DNA from: an uncultured archaeon
GTDB taxonomy: Archaea > Micrarchaeota > Micrarchaeia > Micrarchaeales > CABMGC01
DNA length: 64,000 bases
Assembly (NCBI GenBank): GCA_963729635.1
Contig: CAVSOP010000006.1
Location: 156,148-220,147 of the forward strand
Direction of reading: 5' to 3'
Part shown: one piece after another, positions 39,188 to 50,317 of the stretch
Numbering within the stretch: position 1 is the first letter of the stretch
Layout of the letters: each line of letters opens with the position of its first letter
Program-made: the position numbers and the translations under genes
The notes under the pieces: generated by a model
The model's database searches: none
Told to the model about the DNA's origin: nothing
What the model saw: only the letters and a program-made list of their open reading frames with translations

Positions 39188-39807
39188 ATGCCTCTGCTAG
39201 ACTATCTGCAGGCAAAGAAGCTGCTCGACAAGTACGGCATCCGCAGCATAGACAGCGCGTACGTCGGCACGGCAGATGACGCCGTGGCTTTCTCCAGAGG
39301 GGAAGGGGATAGTCCTGAAGCTCATCTCCGACAAGGCGATACACAAGTCGAAGGAGGGGCTCGTCAAGCTCGACCTCAGGGGGAAGGGGGAGATAACCGC
39401 GGCGTTCAACTACCTCGTGAAGAAAGGCGAGAAGCTAAAGCCCTACAAGATACTCGCGCAGAAGATGTCCGGCGGGGGCATCGAGATAATAATGGGAGGC
39501 AGCACCGACAAGCAGTTCGGCAGGATGCTCCTCGTCGGGCTCGGAGGCGTGTACGTCGAGACGTTCAAGGACGTGGAGCTCAGGCTGTGCCCCATAAGCA
39601 AGGACGACGCCAAGGAGATGCTCGCGGACCTCAGGTCGGGAGGAGTGATAACCTACAACGGGCGCGGCCACGGAGATGCTCGCCTCGCTCCTGACCAAGG
39701 TCTCCAGGCTGCTCGTCGAGAACGAGGACGTCAGCGAGCTGGACCTGAATCCGGTGATAGTCAGGGAGGATTCCTACGATGTAGTGGACATCAGGATAAT
39801 CAAGTGA
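39188..39807 (+). CDS. acdB: Acetate--CoA ligase (ADP-forming) beta subunit (ATP-grasp), 2 apparent frameshifts
   Basis: MPLLDYLQAKKLLDKYGIRS.., IVLKLISDKAIHKSKEGLVKLDL.., GIEIIMGGSTDKQFGRMLLVGLGGVYVE.., ELDLNPVIV. Shifts are near 39300 and 39665. Confidence 0.8.
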
Positions 39808-39811
39808 TGGC

Positions 39812-41200
39812 ATGCCGGGAAGAATAGACCTCAGACCGATGTTCAAGCCGAGGAGCGTGGCGGTCATCGGCGCCTCGAGAAACCCGGACAAGGTCGGGCA
39901 CATAATACTACAGAATCTCATGAAGGCGGGATACGACGGCAGGATGTATCCCATAAACCCAAACGCCGAGGAGATACTCGGGCTGCGCACCTACAAGAGC
40001 GTAGGCGCCCTGAAGAGGGCAGGTGGACCTCGCGGTCATAGCCATACCCGCGGAGGAGGTCCCGGGGGTCCTTGAAGAGTGCGGCAGGGCGAAGGTGAAG
40101 GCAGTAATAGTAGTCAGCGGGGGTTTCACAGAGGTGGGGAGGGCGGACCTGCAGGACAGCATAACGAAGATTGCCCAGAAATACGGCATCGCCCTGGTCG
40201 GACCCAACTGCCTCGGTGTCATGGACACGCGGTCGCGCGTGAACACCATGTTCCTCCCTTCGTACAAGCTAAGCTCCCCGCCCGTGGGCGGCGTGGGCTT
40301 CATATCGCAGAGCGGGGCCGTGGGAAGCACTGTCATCGACGTCATCGCAAGCGAATGCATAGGTCTGTCGAAGTTCATATCCTACGGCAACGCCGCGGGG
40401 GTGGACGAGACGGACCTGCTCGAATACCTCATGCACGACGAGGAGACGAAAGTAATAGTCATGTACATAGAGGGGATAAAGAGGGGCAAGGAGTTCGTCG
40501 AAGTGGCGCGGAAGGCGGCGCGGATTAAGCCTGTGGTGGTGCTCAAGGCGGGAAGGACGAGCGCGGGGGTGACCGCTGCGCACTCCCATACCGCGGCGCT
40601 CGCTGGGGACTACCAGGTCCAGGAGGCGATATTCAAGCAGTTCGGATTCACCATAGCCAACGACCTGGACGAACTGCTCTACTACGCGAAGATCTTCGCT
40701 TCGGAGATCGCCCCGAAGGGCAACAGGGTCGCGATAATCACGAACGGCGGCGGGGCGGGGGTGCTCGACCGCTGACGCTATAGCTTCGTCGCAGAAGCTC
40801 GTGATGGGCGAGCCTGACGGACAAGACAAAAGAGGAGCTGCGGAAGAGGATGCCGCCGATAGTCAACATCGCGAACCCCATGGACCTCGCCGGCGACGCC
40901 GACGCGGGCAGGTACGGCGACGCGCTGACGCTGGTTGGCAACGACCCGAACATAGACATGCTGATAGTGATAACGCTGTTCCAGACGCCGGGGGCGGACT
41001 CCAAGGTCGCCGCAGAGCTCGCGCACCAGAAGGACTCTATGGGCAAGCCGATGCTCGTCATCAGCGTGGGATCAGAGTACACCAGACTGCACAGGATAAT
41101 GCTGGAGAGCTGCGGGGTGCCGGTCTACGACTCCCCGGTCTCCGCGGCGAAGGCGCTGGAGGAGCTCTACAGGTACTCCAGATTCAAGGACAGGGCCTGA
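39812..41200 (+). CDS. acdA: Acetate--CoA ligase (ADP-forming) alpha subunit (CoA-binding/succinyl-CoA-synthetase-like), about 3 apparent frameshifts
   Basis: MFKPRSVAVIGASRNPDKVGH.., LVGPNCLGV, ISQSGAVG, and AHSHTAALAG (phosphohistidine loop). The C-terminal ligase-CoA domain reads NPMDLAGDA. Shifts are near 40020, 40770 and 40810. Confidence 0.85.
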
Positions 41201-41205
41201 TCATT

Positions 41206-42417
41206 TCATTCCGCGTTTTCAGAGAACAGCACCTCAAGCACCCTCTTGATGGCCTTCTCCTTGTTGGGCTCCGAGCTCAGCATCTCGAACATCTCGGAGG
41301 GGCCCAGGTCCAGGCCGTAGCCGTTCTGCTTGAGCTTCTCAACGAATATCCCGAGCCCGTAGTCCTTCACGGACATGTTCTCGAGCGAGCCCTTCCTGAG
41401 CGCGTCGATCTCGCCGTCCTTCGCCATGCTCTCCAGCTTGGACTTGGTTATCTCGACGGTCGCTGCGTCCTTGTAGCTCTTGGCGATTCCGCTGAGGTCG
41501 AAATCGATGCTCTTGAACCCTTCCTTCACGGCGCCGGTTATCTCGACCTTCACTATCGGCATCCCGCCGGCGGCGACCGCGGCGTCTATCCTCTCGCGCA
41601 CGGCTCTCGCGAGCTCGTCGGGGGTCTTGCCCTCCGCACTGACCTTCACCACCGACAGCCTGCGCGACTTTATCTTCCTGAAGGAGTACTTCTTCGCGAC
41701 GGTATCGTACAGGTAGAAGCCCTTCTCCTCCTGCTCCGAATCCTTGAGCTGGGTCAGCACGGTACTGCCGGGGATCAGCAGGGGCTTTCCGTGCACGGTC
41801 ATCTCTGTCTTGTTGTGTATGTGGCCGTCGACGTACAGGTCGAAGCCCTTCGGGAGGTCATCGAAGCTGGCGCATCCGCTGTCGAACGGCAGAAGCTCGT
41901 GGGTCGACTGGTGGAACATGAACACGTTGAAGCAGCCCTCGATGGGCTTCGGGTCCAGCTTCCTTATCGCCTCGGCGAAGTGCTCCTCTGAGACGCCGCC
42001 TATCCCGTAGACTGCGACCCGCTCCCCGTCCCTTCTCTATCACGGCGAAGCCGTCGCTCACGTCTATGAGCATCCCGGCGAGGGCGAGGAGGTTGACCGG
42101 GTTCTCCATCCTCTGCGCGCGCCTCTCGTGCGTTCCGGGAATCGCAATGACGGGCACGTCGGTGTAAGCCTTGCCCTCCGCCTCGAACGCTCGTCACCCT
42201 GGCCTCCCACTTCCTCTTCGAGACGCTCCTGAAGAGGTTTATCGCCTCGGCGAGGACCTCCGGCTTGGGCGCCCTTATGTCGAACAGGTCCCCGGGGAGC
42301 AGGAGCGCGTCGGCGACCGAGGCGGCGGAATCCAGGGCCTCCTGCGCCTGGCTGGTAGGCGTCCTCGTGGAACCTGTCGTAGCCGAGGTGGAAATCCGAG
42401 AATATGGCCAGCATCAT
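41206..42417 (-). CDS. mre11: Mre11-type DNA repair metallophosphoesterase, about 3 apparent frameshifts
   Basis: MMLAIFSDFHLGYDRFHEDAYQ.., LLLPGDLFD (in a shifted frame), PVIAIPGTHER, FMFHQ, VDGHIHN. Shifts are near 42350, 42180 and 42035. No rad50 is adjacent. Confidence 0.75.
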
Positions 42418-42466
42418 GGCAGCGACCTGTGCGCGCGATCTGCACGATTATATTTTCATCTTCTCC

Positions 42467-44930
42467 TTAATCTTCCTTACTACTTCCTCCCCTGCGCCCT
42501 GCGCGCCCTCGCGCCTGGGGCCGTAGGCCCCCGCGGCGCAGGCGTGGCCGCCGCCCGTGCCGCCCACCAGTCCGGCCACGCTCTCCATCATTATGCCCAG
42601 ATGGATGCCCAGCTTCTTGTCCAGGGGGGAGAGCAGCCGGGCCGAGAGCGCCGCCTCCTTCTCGGTAGTCGACCCAGAAGACAGCGGCGTCCGCGCCGAG
42701 GTTGAGCGCGGCGTCCGCCGCGACGTTCGCGTGCGCGTGCGCCCTGCCGTAGATTATCACATAGTCGCCGACTATCTCCGCCTTGGACGCGTAGATGTCC
42801 TCAATCGTCTCGTACCTGTTGTTCACGGGCACGTTGGCGTGGAAGTACTCGGATATGAACGAGAAGTCGACCTTTGATATCTCGAGCAGGTCGGCGATCT
42901 GCCTGAAGGTCTCAGGCGAGGAGTTGTGCAGGTCTGCCGAATCCGAGTCCGCCTAACGCATTGGAAGCGGTTTCGGAGGGCGAGGTCTGCCCCTCAAGAA
43001 GTGCGCCGCCTCCCACATATAGCCCGCCCGTGATTGCGGCGTTCCTGACGGATTCCTTTGCTATTGCTGAAAATATATCCCCTAACGTTTGGGTCCCTAC
43101 TTCAAGACCTTCACTAGCAGCATCTCCAGCAACGCCATACGCAGATGCTATCGCAATGACGCTCGCAATCCCGAATGAAGCCCCCAGCCCTATCGCAACT
43201 CCCTCTGCCCTGGTCGTAGGGTCTGAGCTGGCAAGGTAGGGTGCGATATAGCTCTTGATTGGATTGGTTATATAGCCGAAGGGGGACGCGTTTACGGTAG
43301 CCCCTATTGCGTTTCCTATCTGTTCTGCGTTGGAGGCGTCGGTTATCCTGAGAATATCGATCAAAGCTAGGGGATTCGTCTTAGCGAGGGCCATGTAGTC
43401 GTTGATCGTGGGGCTGATATTGGGCAATGTGACACTGCCGGAAGTCTTCATAGGGAAATACGAGGCTATCTGCGACTGCGCCTGCTGGGAGATAGGTGCG
43501 TTTTCCTGCTGGATTGTCTTCTGTATGCTGGTGAGAGCGCCATTGATGTCGCCCAGTGCAGCATTTCCAAATCCAGCGGAATATTTATATATGCTGCTGG
43601 ATATATCTCTTACTGTTGATGTTAATGAGCTGGGTATTGACGGGGGCGTTCTACGTGTTTGCAGTAGCGGTATGGTACTGGTCGGATTTGAAGTATAGGC
43701 AGTGGTCGAAGGCTTGGTTCCAAAAGAAGCACCAGCTTGAAGCGAAGCGGGCAGCAGCGATGAAGCATACTGCGTGACTCCTGCTGCCGGAGCTATTCCT
43801 GGAGTGAACGCTGAAGAAATCGTCCTCGGCTGGTAAGTCTGCGGCGTAATCCCCAATACCGCCGCAGCATTCGCCACGGCGGGGCCGTATTCCGGTCCCG
43901 CTGCCTGAAGGATCGAGTACCAGTTGGGCTCTACTGGTGCGGTCATCGGGGCGTTGTTGGACTGGAGCTGCGCTCCGCCTCCCAAGTCGCGGTATTCTAC
44001 GAGCGCGTTCTCGTAAGCCAGGGTCTGCGCTGGCGTTGGAGGCTGCCCATTGATCAGAATGCTGTTGGTCGTCGCATCGCGCACCCATCCCTGCGGCAAT
44101 GCAAGGATGGGCTCTCCGGGATAGGTGGCACCCTGCGGGGCCAATCCCTGGGATTCCAGCCATGCGTCCATCTGGGGCTGGGTCAATCCCATGGCCCCGT
44201 TGATGCTTGAGGGGATTTGCAGGACCGTGGGGGAAGTCGGTGAAGCCGGCTGCGCGGCCTGCTGCCCTCCTGCTGGCGTGAACGCAAGGCTGCCATTAAC
44301 CAGCGAAGGAGTCACCTGCACGCTCTGCCCGTTCCCCACCGCCATATAGTAATTCCCGTCCTTGCCCTGAGTCACCGAGCCTATCGCTCCCGTGGTCTGG
44401 ATGTAGCTCTGACCTCCGTAGGACAGGGCGGAGTTCTCCAGCCCGGCCGCGAGATTGGCCTGCTGGTAGGCCTGCGCGGCGCTCATAACCACGTTGCCCT
44501 GGGAATCGACCACGTTCGAGCCCTGTATCGAATAGCCCGGGGCGGTCGTGTAGGTCGTCCCATTCGATCCCGAAGCCGTCGTGCGGCGCGTGGTGGTCTA
44601 TGACCGGATCTCCCCGCGGAACTTCTCCAGCCGCTCCCTGAAAGGGCCCAGCACCTCAGGGGTGTTCGCGTCAAGCACTATAGCCAGGTCGGCGTCCTCG
44701 TGGAAGCGCGTCTCCATGCGCTTGCCGTAGCCAACGTACTCTAGCATCTTCCTGGCGTTGTTTGTGATGAAGTCTGGTGTGGCCACTACGCAATTCGTGA
44801 AGTAGGACGAGAGCGCCGCGGCGGCGCCGACGCCGTCGCGGTCGCCGATCGAATGGAACGTGAGCAGGACCTTCCTGTCCCTGTGCTCCCTGATAATGCC
44901 GCAGAGCTCGTCGAACGAGACGTTGCGCAT
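42467..44930 (-). CDS. DHH/DHHA1-family phosphoesterase (NrnA/RecJ-like) interrupted by about 1.5 kb of same-strand coding insertion
   Basis: The N-part reads MRNVSFDELCGIIREHRDRKVLLTFHSIGDRDGVGAAAAL...LAIVLDANTPEVLG...FRGEI/PVIDHHAPHDGFG. The C-part reads ESVRNAAITGGLYVGGGALLEGQTSPSETASNALG/ADSDSADLHNSSPETFRQIADLLE...GGTGGGHACAAGA. Together they make one complete DHH+DHHA1 protein. Junction stops coincide with +/-1 shifts. Confidence 0.7.
43056..44569 (-). other. Roughly 505-codon low-complexity (Q/A/S/T/G/P/N-rich) insertion within the DHH gene; unknown nature
   Basis: Part of ORF 42912..44513, which is open in the same frame as the DHH N-part. There are almost no K/R/E/D/H/C residues. A glycine-zipper-like hydrophobic stretch AIGLGASFGIASVIAIASAYGVAG lies near its end. 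The codon preference is different (caa, tca, tta, gga, aat, gct). No intein, RT, integrase or transposase motifs. Confidence 0.5.
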
Positions 44931-45295
44931 CAATGCGATCCCTGGCTTTGCTTGTACATCTGGGAGAGCCTGTCGGCGAGCGCCTTCTCCTTCGCCTTGA
45001 GCTCGTTGTACTGCTTCGTCACTGAGCCGATCCTCAGGTCGGCGAACTCGGCCCTTTCCTTTATGTCGGCGAGCGCCTTCTCCTTGCTTGTCTCGACTAT
45101 GATTCCTCCCATGGTCACGTAGACCTTCCCGCCGGCGCCAGAGACCTCCCCCTTGGCCTTCTCGAGCTCCGCCTTCTGGGTCTGGAACTGGTTGAGCTGC
45201 ATCGCGGCGACGCGCATCTGCTCCTGCACCGCCTGGTAGTCCCTGACCGCCTGCTCCGCTTCCTCCTGTCCTCCCTGCTGTGGTTGAGTGGCCAT
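44930..45295 (-). CDS. pfdB: Prefoldin beta subunit
   Basis: 121-aa coiled-coil/beta-hairpin/coiled-coil pattern: ...QLNQFQTQKAELEKAKGEV...KVYVTMGGIIVETSKEKALADIKERAEFADLRIGSVTKQYNELKAKEK. Confidence 0.8.
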   Translation of the reverse strand: MATQPQQGGQEEAEQAVRDYQAVQEQMRVAAMQLNQFQTQKAELEKAKGEVSGAGGKVYVTMGGIIVETSKEKALADIKERAEFADLRIGSVTKQYNELKAKEKALADRLSQMYKQSQGSH

Positions 45296-45425
45296 AAAAA
45301 CACCTGATTACGCCAGACATATCAACGCAAAAGGCCGTCCGGACCGTAGCGCGGCCCCTGACAAATTACATATAAAGTTTGCATATAAAGATATAAGTAT
45401 TGAGCTACATAACTGGCTTGACATC

Positions 45426-45909
45426 ATGGCGGAGCTAGGCGAATCTGGAGCTTATAGAGAAGGAGGTCACGCTGAGGAACCTCAGGCTTACCAAGGAAGT
45501 CCTTGAGACCCGGAGGTCGATAGTGAGGTGGCTGGCTCTCTCCCTTGGGGTGCTGAACCCGGGCGAATCCAGGCTCAGCGCGGTCTCGGTGCTGGACGCG
45601 CTCGTGCACTATAACTTCGTCGAGAAGACGACGCCCGACGTTGGCCAGCTCATGTCATACATAGGCAAGTACTGGGAGGAGATCAACGAGAAGACGCTGA
45701 GGTACCACCTGCTCAGGATGAGGAGGATGGGGCTGGTCGAGAATTCGCAGGGGAAGTTCTACCTCAGGCCCCCGAGCACCGGGGACGGGTCGGACGCATA
45801 CACGTGGGTCATGGGGCTCTACGAGAAGGATTACAGGGAGATAGCCGCCAAGGTCGGCGACGCCATAAAGGAGCTGAAGAACAAGAGCGCGATGGGAGGA
45901 TCGAAATGA
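45426..45909 (+). CDS. Winged-helix (ArsR/MarR-like) putative transcriptional regulator, one apparent frameshift near the start
   Basis: MAELGE then LELIEKEVTLRNLRLTKEVLETRRSIVRWLALSLGVLNPGESRLSAVSVLDALVHY...TLRYHLLRMRRMGLVE. The shift is at about 45445. The upstream region has tandem CATATAAAG boxes (45367-45397). Confidence 0.55.
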
Positions 45910-47549
45910 GGAGAGAGATATATCTTTGGATGCTATTCATAGTTGTCATAGCCGGGGCTGCGCTGTACTTCAGGTACTTCTACCAGCAGCAGATAAGCAT
46001 GGTGCTGCGGATGAACGGCTCGTCGGCGGGGTCGGTCTCATATCCCTACCAGAACGCCCCCCTGCCGATTTCAGTGTACAACAACGGGGGCGGCGCGATA
46101 ACGAACGTGAGCGTGGGCCTGTTCGTTAACGGCAACCTGACGACGCTCTACAAGGTGACCCTGCCTGCGGGGAAGCAGACAGAGATACCTTTCAACTACA
46201 CCCCGAGCGGGCCGGGCACCTACAACATAACTGCGGTGGCGGACCCGAGCAGGCTGTACGACATATCCGACAGAGCCAACACCACCTCTGGCGCGGTGCT
46301 CGTCATAATGCGGCCCGCGAACGCGACGGCTTACGCTCTGCTGCCCGCGAACGGACTGATTTCGCGCGAGGACCTGAACATGAGCAACTCGGGCTACGCG
46401 GTGGATTCATACCTTTACGACACCTACAACACGAGCGCGTTCGCGCTGGTGGACAACCCCCAAATCAACAACTTCATAGAGCCGGTGCTGAACCTGACCG
46501 CGGACTACATAAACAACATACGCGCCTCTACAGCCAAGTACGGGAACGGCGACAGGGCGTACTCCATCTGGCTGAGCGGCTACGTCCGCCCCAACATATT
46601 CACTGCCGCGGCGCAGGGCAGGGGCATGGCGTCCAACACCATCCAGACCGGCCTCGGAAACCTCACGATCGTCCAGATATCGAACAGCACGACGCTCTGC
46701 AGCTGGTACGCAGGGGGCTGGCTCAAGATACTGGCGTACTCCGGCAGCGTGACCTGCCACCAGGCGCTGAACGAGAGCGCTTCGGGAGCGCCGAACAGCG
46801 CACTGGCCTATCCCGTCCCGAGCGGGCTCGGTCTCATCGACGCCAAACTCCTTGCGAACTACACCGGAATTAGCGGCGCTACCAACTACGTCGCGACGCT
46901 CTCCCTGCTCGGCAATTCGTCCTTCATCTATGCGAGGATATCCAACCACACGACGGTGAACAACGTCTGCTACGGGGTCGTTGAGAGCGCCAACGGGATA
47001 AGCTACTGCAGCACATACCAGATCCCGGTATCCGGCGCGATAGGTGGCGCGAAATCCCTCGTGAAGACTACTGAGTACGTGGGCACGCAGAACCTCACGG
47101 TGATATCCCTCTTCAACTCATCACTGCTTACCCAACAGGTGCAGACCAACGTGGGCGTCATCAGGGGCTTCAACATCAGCGGCTCGTCGATGGCGTTCCA
47201 GTCGGGCCTGGTCAACACGTGCTCACTAAACGCCTCGTTCCCGTGCACGGGCGCCAATTTCAGCAACGGAGCGCTAGGATTCACACTGAAGAACGGACTG
47301 GGCGAGGGCATACGAATCAACAGCATGAGCTGCTACGCCGCAAGCGTTTCAGTTCCGATAAGCACGCCTGTGAACTCGCTGGTCGCCGCAGGGGGATCGT
47401 ACAACGCCACGGTGCCGTGCTACAACTACCAGGGCAGGATAAGCGGCATCGCATACAACCTCAATCTTGGCATAGGCCTCAACTACTCGGTGGCCAACAC
47501 GACGCACGCCCTCACCGGAAACGCGTACATACTTCTGGGTAGCGCATGA
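45906..47549 (+). CDS. N-terminally anchored extracellular glycoprotein with a CARDB-like domain
   Basis: MRREIYLWMLFIVVIAGAALYF (TM), then ..PISVYNNGGGAITNVSVGLFVNGNLTTLYKVTLPAGKQTEIPFNYTPSGPGTYNITAVADP (CARDB-like). More than 30 N-x-S/T sequons. ATGA overlap with the regulator gene. Confidence 0.6.
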   Translation: MRREIYLWMLFIVVIAGAALYFRYFYQQQISMVLRMNGSSAGSVSYPYQNAPLPISVYNNGGGAITNVSVGLFVNGNLTTLYKVTLPAGKQTEIPFNYTPSGPGTYNITAVADPSRLYDISDRANTTSGAVLVIMRPANATAYALLPANGLISREDLNMSNSGYAVDSYLYDTYNTSAFALVDNPQINNFIEPVLNLTADYINNIRASTAKYGNGDRAYSIWLSGYVRPNIFTAAAQGRGMASNTIQTGLGNLTIVQISNSTTLCSWYAGGWLKILAYSGSVTCHQALNESASGAPNSALAYPVPSGLGLIDAKLLANYTGISGATNYVATLSLLGNSSFIYARISNHTTVNNVCYGVVESANGISYCSTYQIPVSGAIGGAKSLVKTTEYVGTQNLTVISLFNSSLLTQQVQTNVGVIRGFNISGSSMAFQSGLVNTCSLNASFPCTGANFSNGALGFTLKNGLGEGIRINSMSCYAASVSVPISTPVNSLVAAGGSYNATVPCYNYQGRISGIAYNLNLGIGLNYSVANTTHALTGNAYILLGSA

Positions 47550-50315
47550 CACCAGACCCCTACAGGATGTTCATAGACAGGTACGGCAGTTTCACCGATA
47601 TACAGAAGTCCGCCTTCGGCGCGATAGGGAGCGGGAAGAACTGCATAATAACCGCGCCGACGGGCAGCGGGAAGACCGAGGCGGCGGTCCTCCCCACATT
47701 CGACAAGATACTGAAGGACGGTGGTGGTGGCGGGATACAGGCGATATACGTCACGCCGCTGAGGGCCCTCAACAGGGATCTTATGAAGAGGCTCGAATCC
47801 CTCGCCAAGGAGCTCGGCATAAGCATGTCTGCTAGGCACGGGGACACCCCTGTGAAGGAGAGGCAGGCTCAGGCGGCGCACCCGCCGCAGATGCTGATCA
47901 CGACGCCCGAGACGCTCCAGAACCTGTTCCTCTCGCAGAGGCTCAGGGACTCGCTGGTGAACGTCAGGACGGTGATAGTCGACGAGATGCACGAACTCTA
48001 CGCCAACAAAAGGGGAGCGCAGCTCTCCATCGCGCTGGAACGGCTAGCTGAACTCGCGGGCAATTACCAAAGAATAGGGATAAGCGCGACAATGGGCGAC
48101 ATCGATGAGGCGCAGAGGTTCCTCTTCGCGGGCGCGACCGGAGTGGCCGTGGAGTCCAAGGCAGTGAAAGAGATAAGGGTCGACATCGAGATGCCCCAGG
48201 AACCTGGCAGGGACTATAAGGAATTCAGGGAAAAATTCGACCTCGATGCCCCGACCCTCGCCAGGATCGAGAGGATGGCCGAGCTTGTCGAGAAATCCGA
48301 CTCCGTGCTCATCTTCGCGAACACGAGGCAGGTCGTGGAGTCGCTCGGCAGCAAGCTCATCTATTTTGACAAGATCCGGCCCTTCGGGAGCATGGGGATC
48401 CACCATGGGTCTCTCGACAAGAACGAGAGGATCGGCATGGAGAACGCGTTCAAGGAGCGCAGGATAAAGGGGATAATGGCGACCAGCTCGCTCGAGCTCG
48501 GGATAGACATAGGCAGCATCAACATGGTCGTGCAGTACGGTTCGCCCAGGCAGGTGTCGCGGCTCGTGCAGAGGATGGGGAGGGGAGGGCACAGGGAAAG
48601 GGCCATATCGTACGGAAAGATCATCGTGGCCAACTACATGGACACGCTGGAATCCGCGGCGATAGTCGAGCAGATGCAGGAGGGAGGGTTTGAACGCCAG
48701 AGGATCGAGAGGATGGCGCTAGACGTGCTGGCCAACCAGGCGTGCGCGATTGCCCTGGAATACAAGAAGACCAGCGCGGACGCCATCTACCGGATCGTGA
48801 AGCGAGCGGCACCTTACGAGCACCTGGACAGGAAGGACTTCGACGGGGTCCTGCAGTTCCTCGAGGGTGAGAGGCTAATAAGGACAAGGGGCAACGACAT
48901 CGGGATGGGGTCGCGGTGCAGGGAGTACTTCTACTCGAACATAAGCGTTATCCCAGACGCGGTGCGCTTCTTCGTGAAGGAGGCGGCCAGCAACAGGACC
49001 ATATCCTCCCTTGACGAGAAATTCGTCTCCAACTATCTTGACGAGGGCTCGGTATTCATAACCAAGGGACTGCCGTGGAAAGTGATCAGCATAGAAGAGG
49101 GCACCATCTTCGTTGAGCCCAGCGCCGAATTCGAGGCGGCGATACCCGACTGGGAGGGGGAGGACATACCCGTATCCTACGCAACCGCTCGGAAGGTGTT
49201 CGGCTATCTGGCGAACGGGCTTGGGGAGTCGGACGGGGCGATGGGCAGGGGCCTCGTCGCGCGGCTGGAGAAGTTCCGGGATGCGCAGAAGAAGTGCTTC
49301 CTACCGGTAGATGGCGTCCTGTACGTCGAGGAACTCGAGGACTACGCCCTGCTGCACACGGGACTCGGCAAGCTCGCCAACGAGCTCGTGGCCAGGATCA
49401 GTCGGTCACGTGGCATCGCAGATGGCTGGCAGCAGGCTGCTTGTGAAGTCCACGCCCTACGTGATAATAATTGATTACAACGGGGCGCGCAAGAGGCCGA
49501 GCACCGCCAAGGTGCTCGAGACGGTGAGGAACTACGCCATGGAGGACGTCTTCGGGAACGAAGGCATAATGGCCAACACTGAACTTTTCAGGTACAAGTT
49601 CGTGAGGGTGTGCAAGCTGTTCGGGGTCGTGGCGAAGAAGGCGACCGTGACGAAGCGCGACGCCGACAGGCTGATAAACTTCTACAGGGACTCGCCCGTA
49701 TTTGACGAGGCGATGCGGGACCTTAAGAAGAACTACCTGGACGTCGAGGACACCGCGGAGTTCCTGGAGGGGCTAAAAAAAGGCAGGGTCAAGGTCAGCG
49801 TGCTGGAGGACTCGAGGTCCCCGCTCGGGGAAGAGCTACTGAAGTCGTCATATTACTACAAGGAGCTCCTGATGCCCGCTCGCCCCGACGACGCTACGGT
49901 AAAGGAGTTCGAGGGCAAGATAAACGGCAAGCGCGCGGAGCTGCTGTGCACGTTCTGCGGCCTGGAGTTCTTCAGGGACATGGAGATGGGAAGCGCCGAG
50001 AAGGTAACCTGCATACGCTGCGCGAGCCCGATGGTGTGCGTCTACGGTGAGGAGAAGGCAGAGGCTGTGAGGAAGAGCCGCTCGGGCAAGCCGCTGGGAG
50101 CGAAGGAGAACGCCAGTTTCCGCGAGGCACTGAAGGAGGCGAGCCTCGTAGAATCCTACGGCAACAGGGCGCTAGCGGCTCTGGCAACGTACGGGGTCGG
50201 GCCGACCAACGCGGCGAGGGTTCTGAAGCTCCTGAGGAGGAGCAACAAGCAGTTCATCATAGACCTGCTTGAGGCGCAGAAGAACTTCATAAAGACCAAA
50301 AAGTACTGGAAATGA
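47546..50315 (+). CDS. lhr: Lhr-type large DEAD/DEAH-box helicase, one apparent frameshift
   Basis: TDIQKSAFGAI, APTGSGKTEAA, YVTPLRALNRD, VIVDEMHE, GISATMG, FANTR, HHGSLDKNER, SSLELGIDIG, QRMGRGGHR. The C-terminal half continues from 49311..50315 after a shift at about 49402. Confidence 0.85.
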
Positions 50316-50317
50316 AT

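Noticed and set aside
43056-44569. An intein interpretation of the insertion in the DHH gene.
   Set aside because: There is no Cys/Ser/Thr nucleophile context at the junctions, no block A/B (TxxH) or terminal HN, and no homing-endonuclease motifs. His and Cys are almost absent from the insert.
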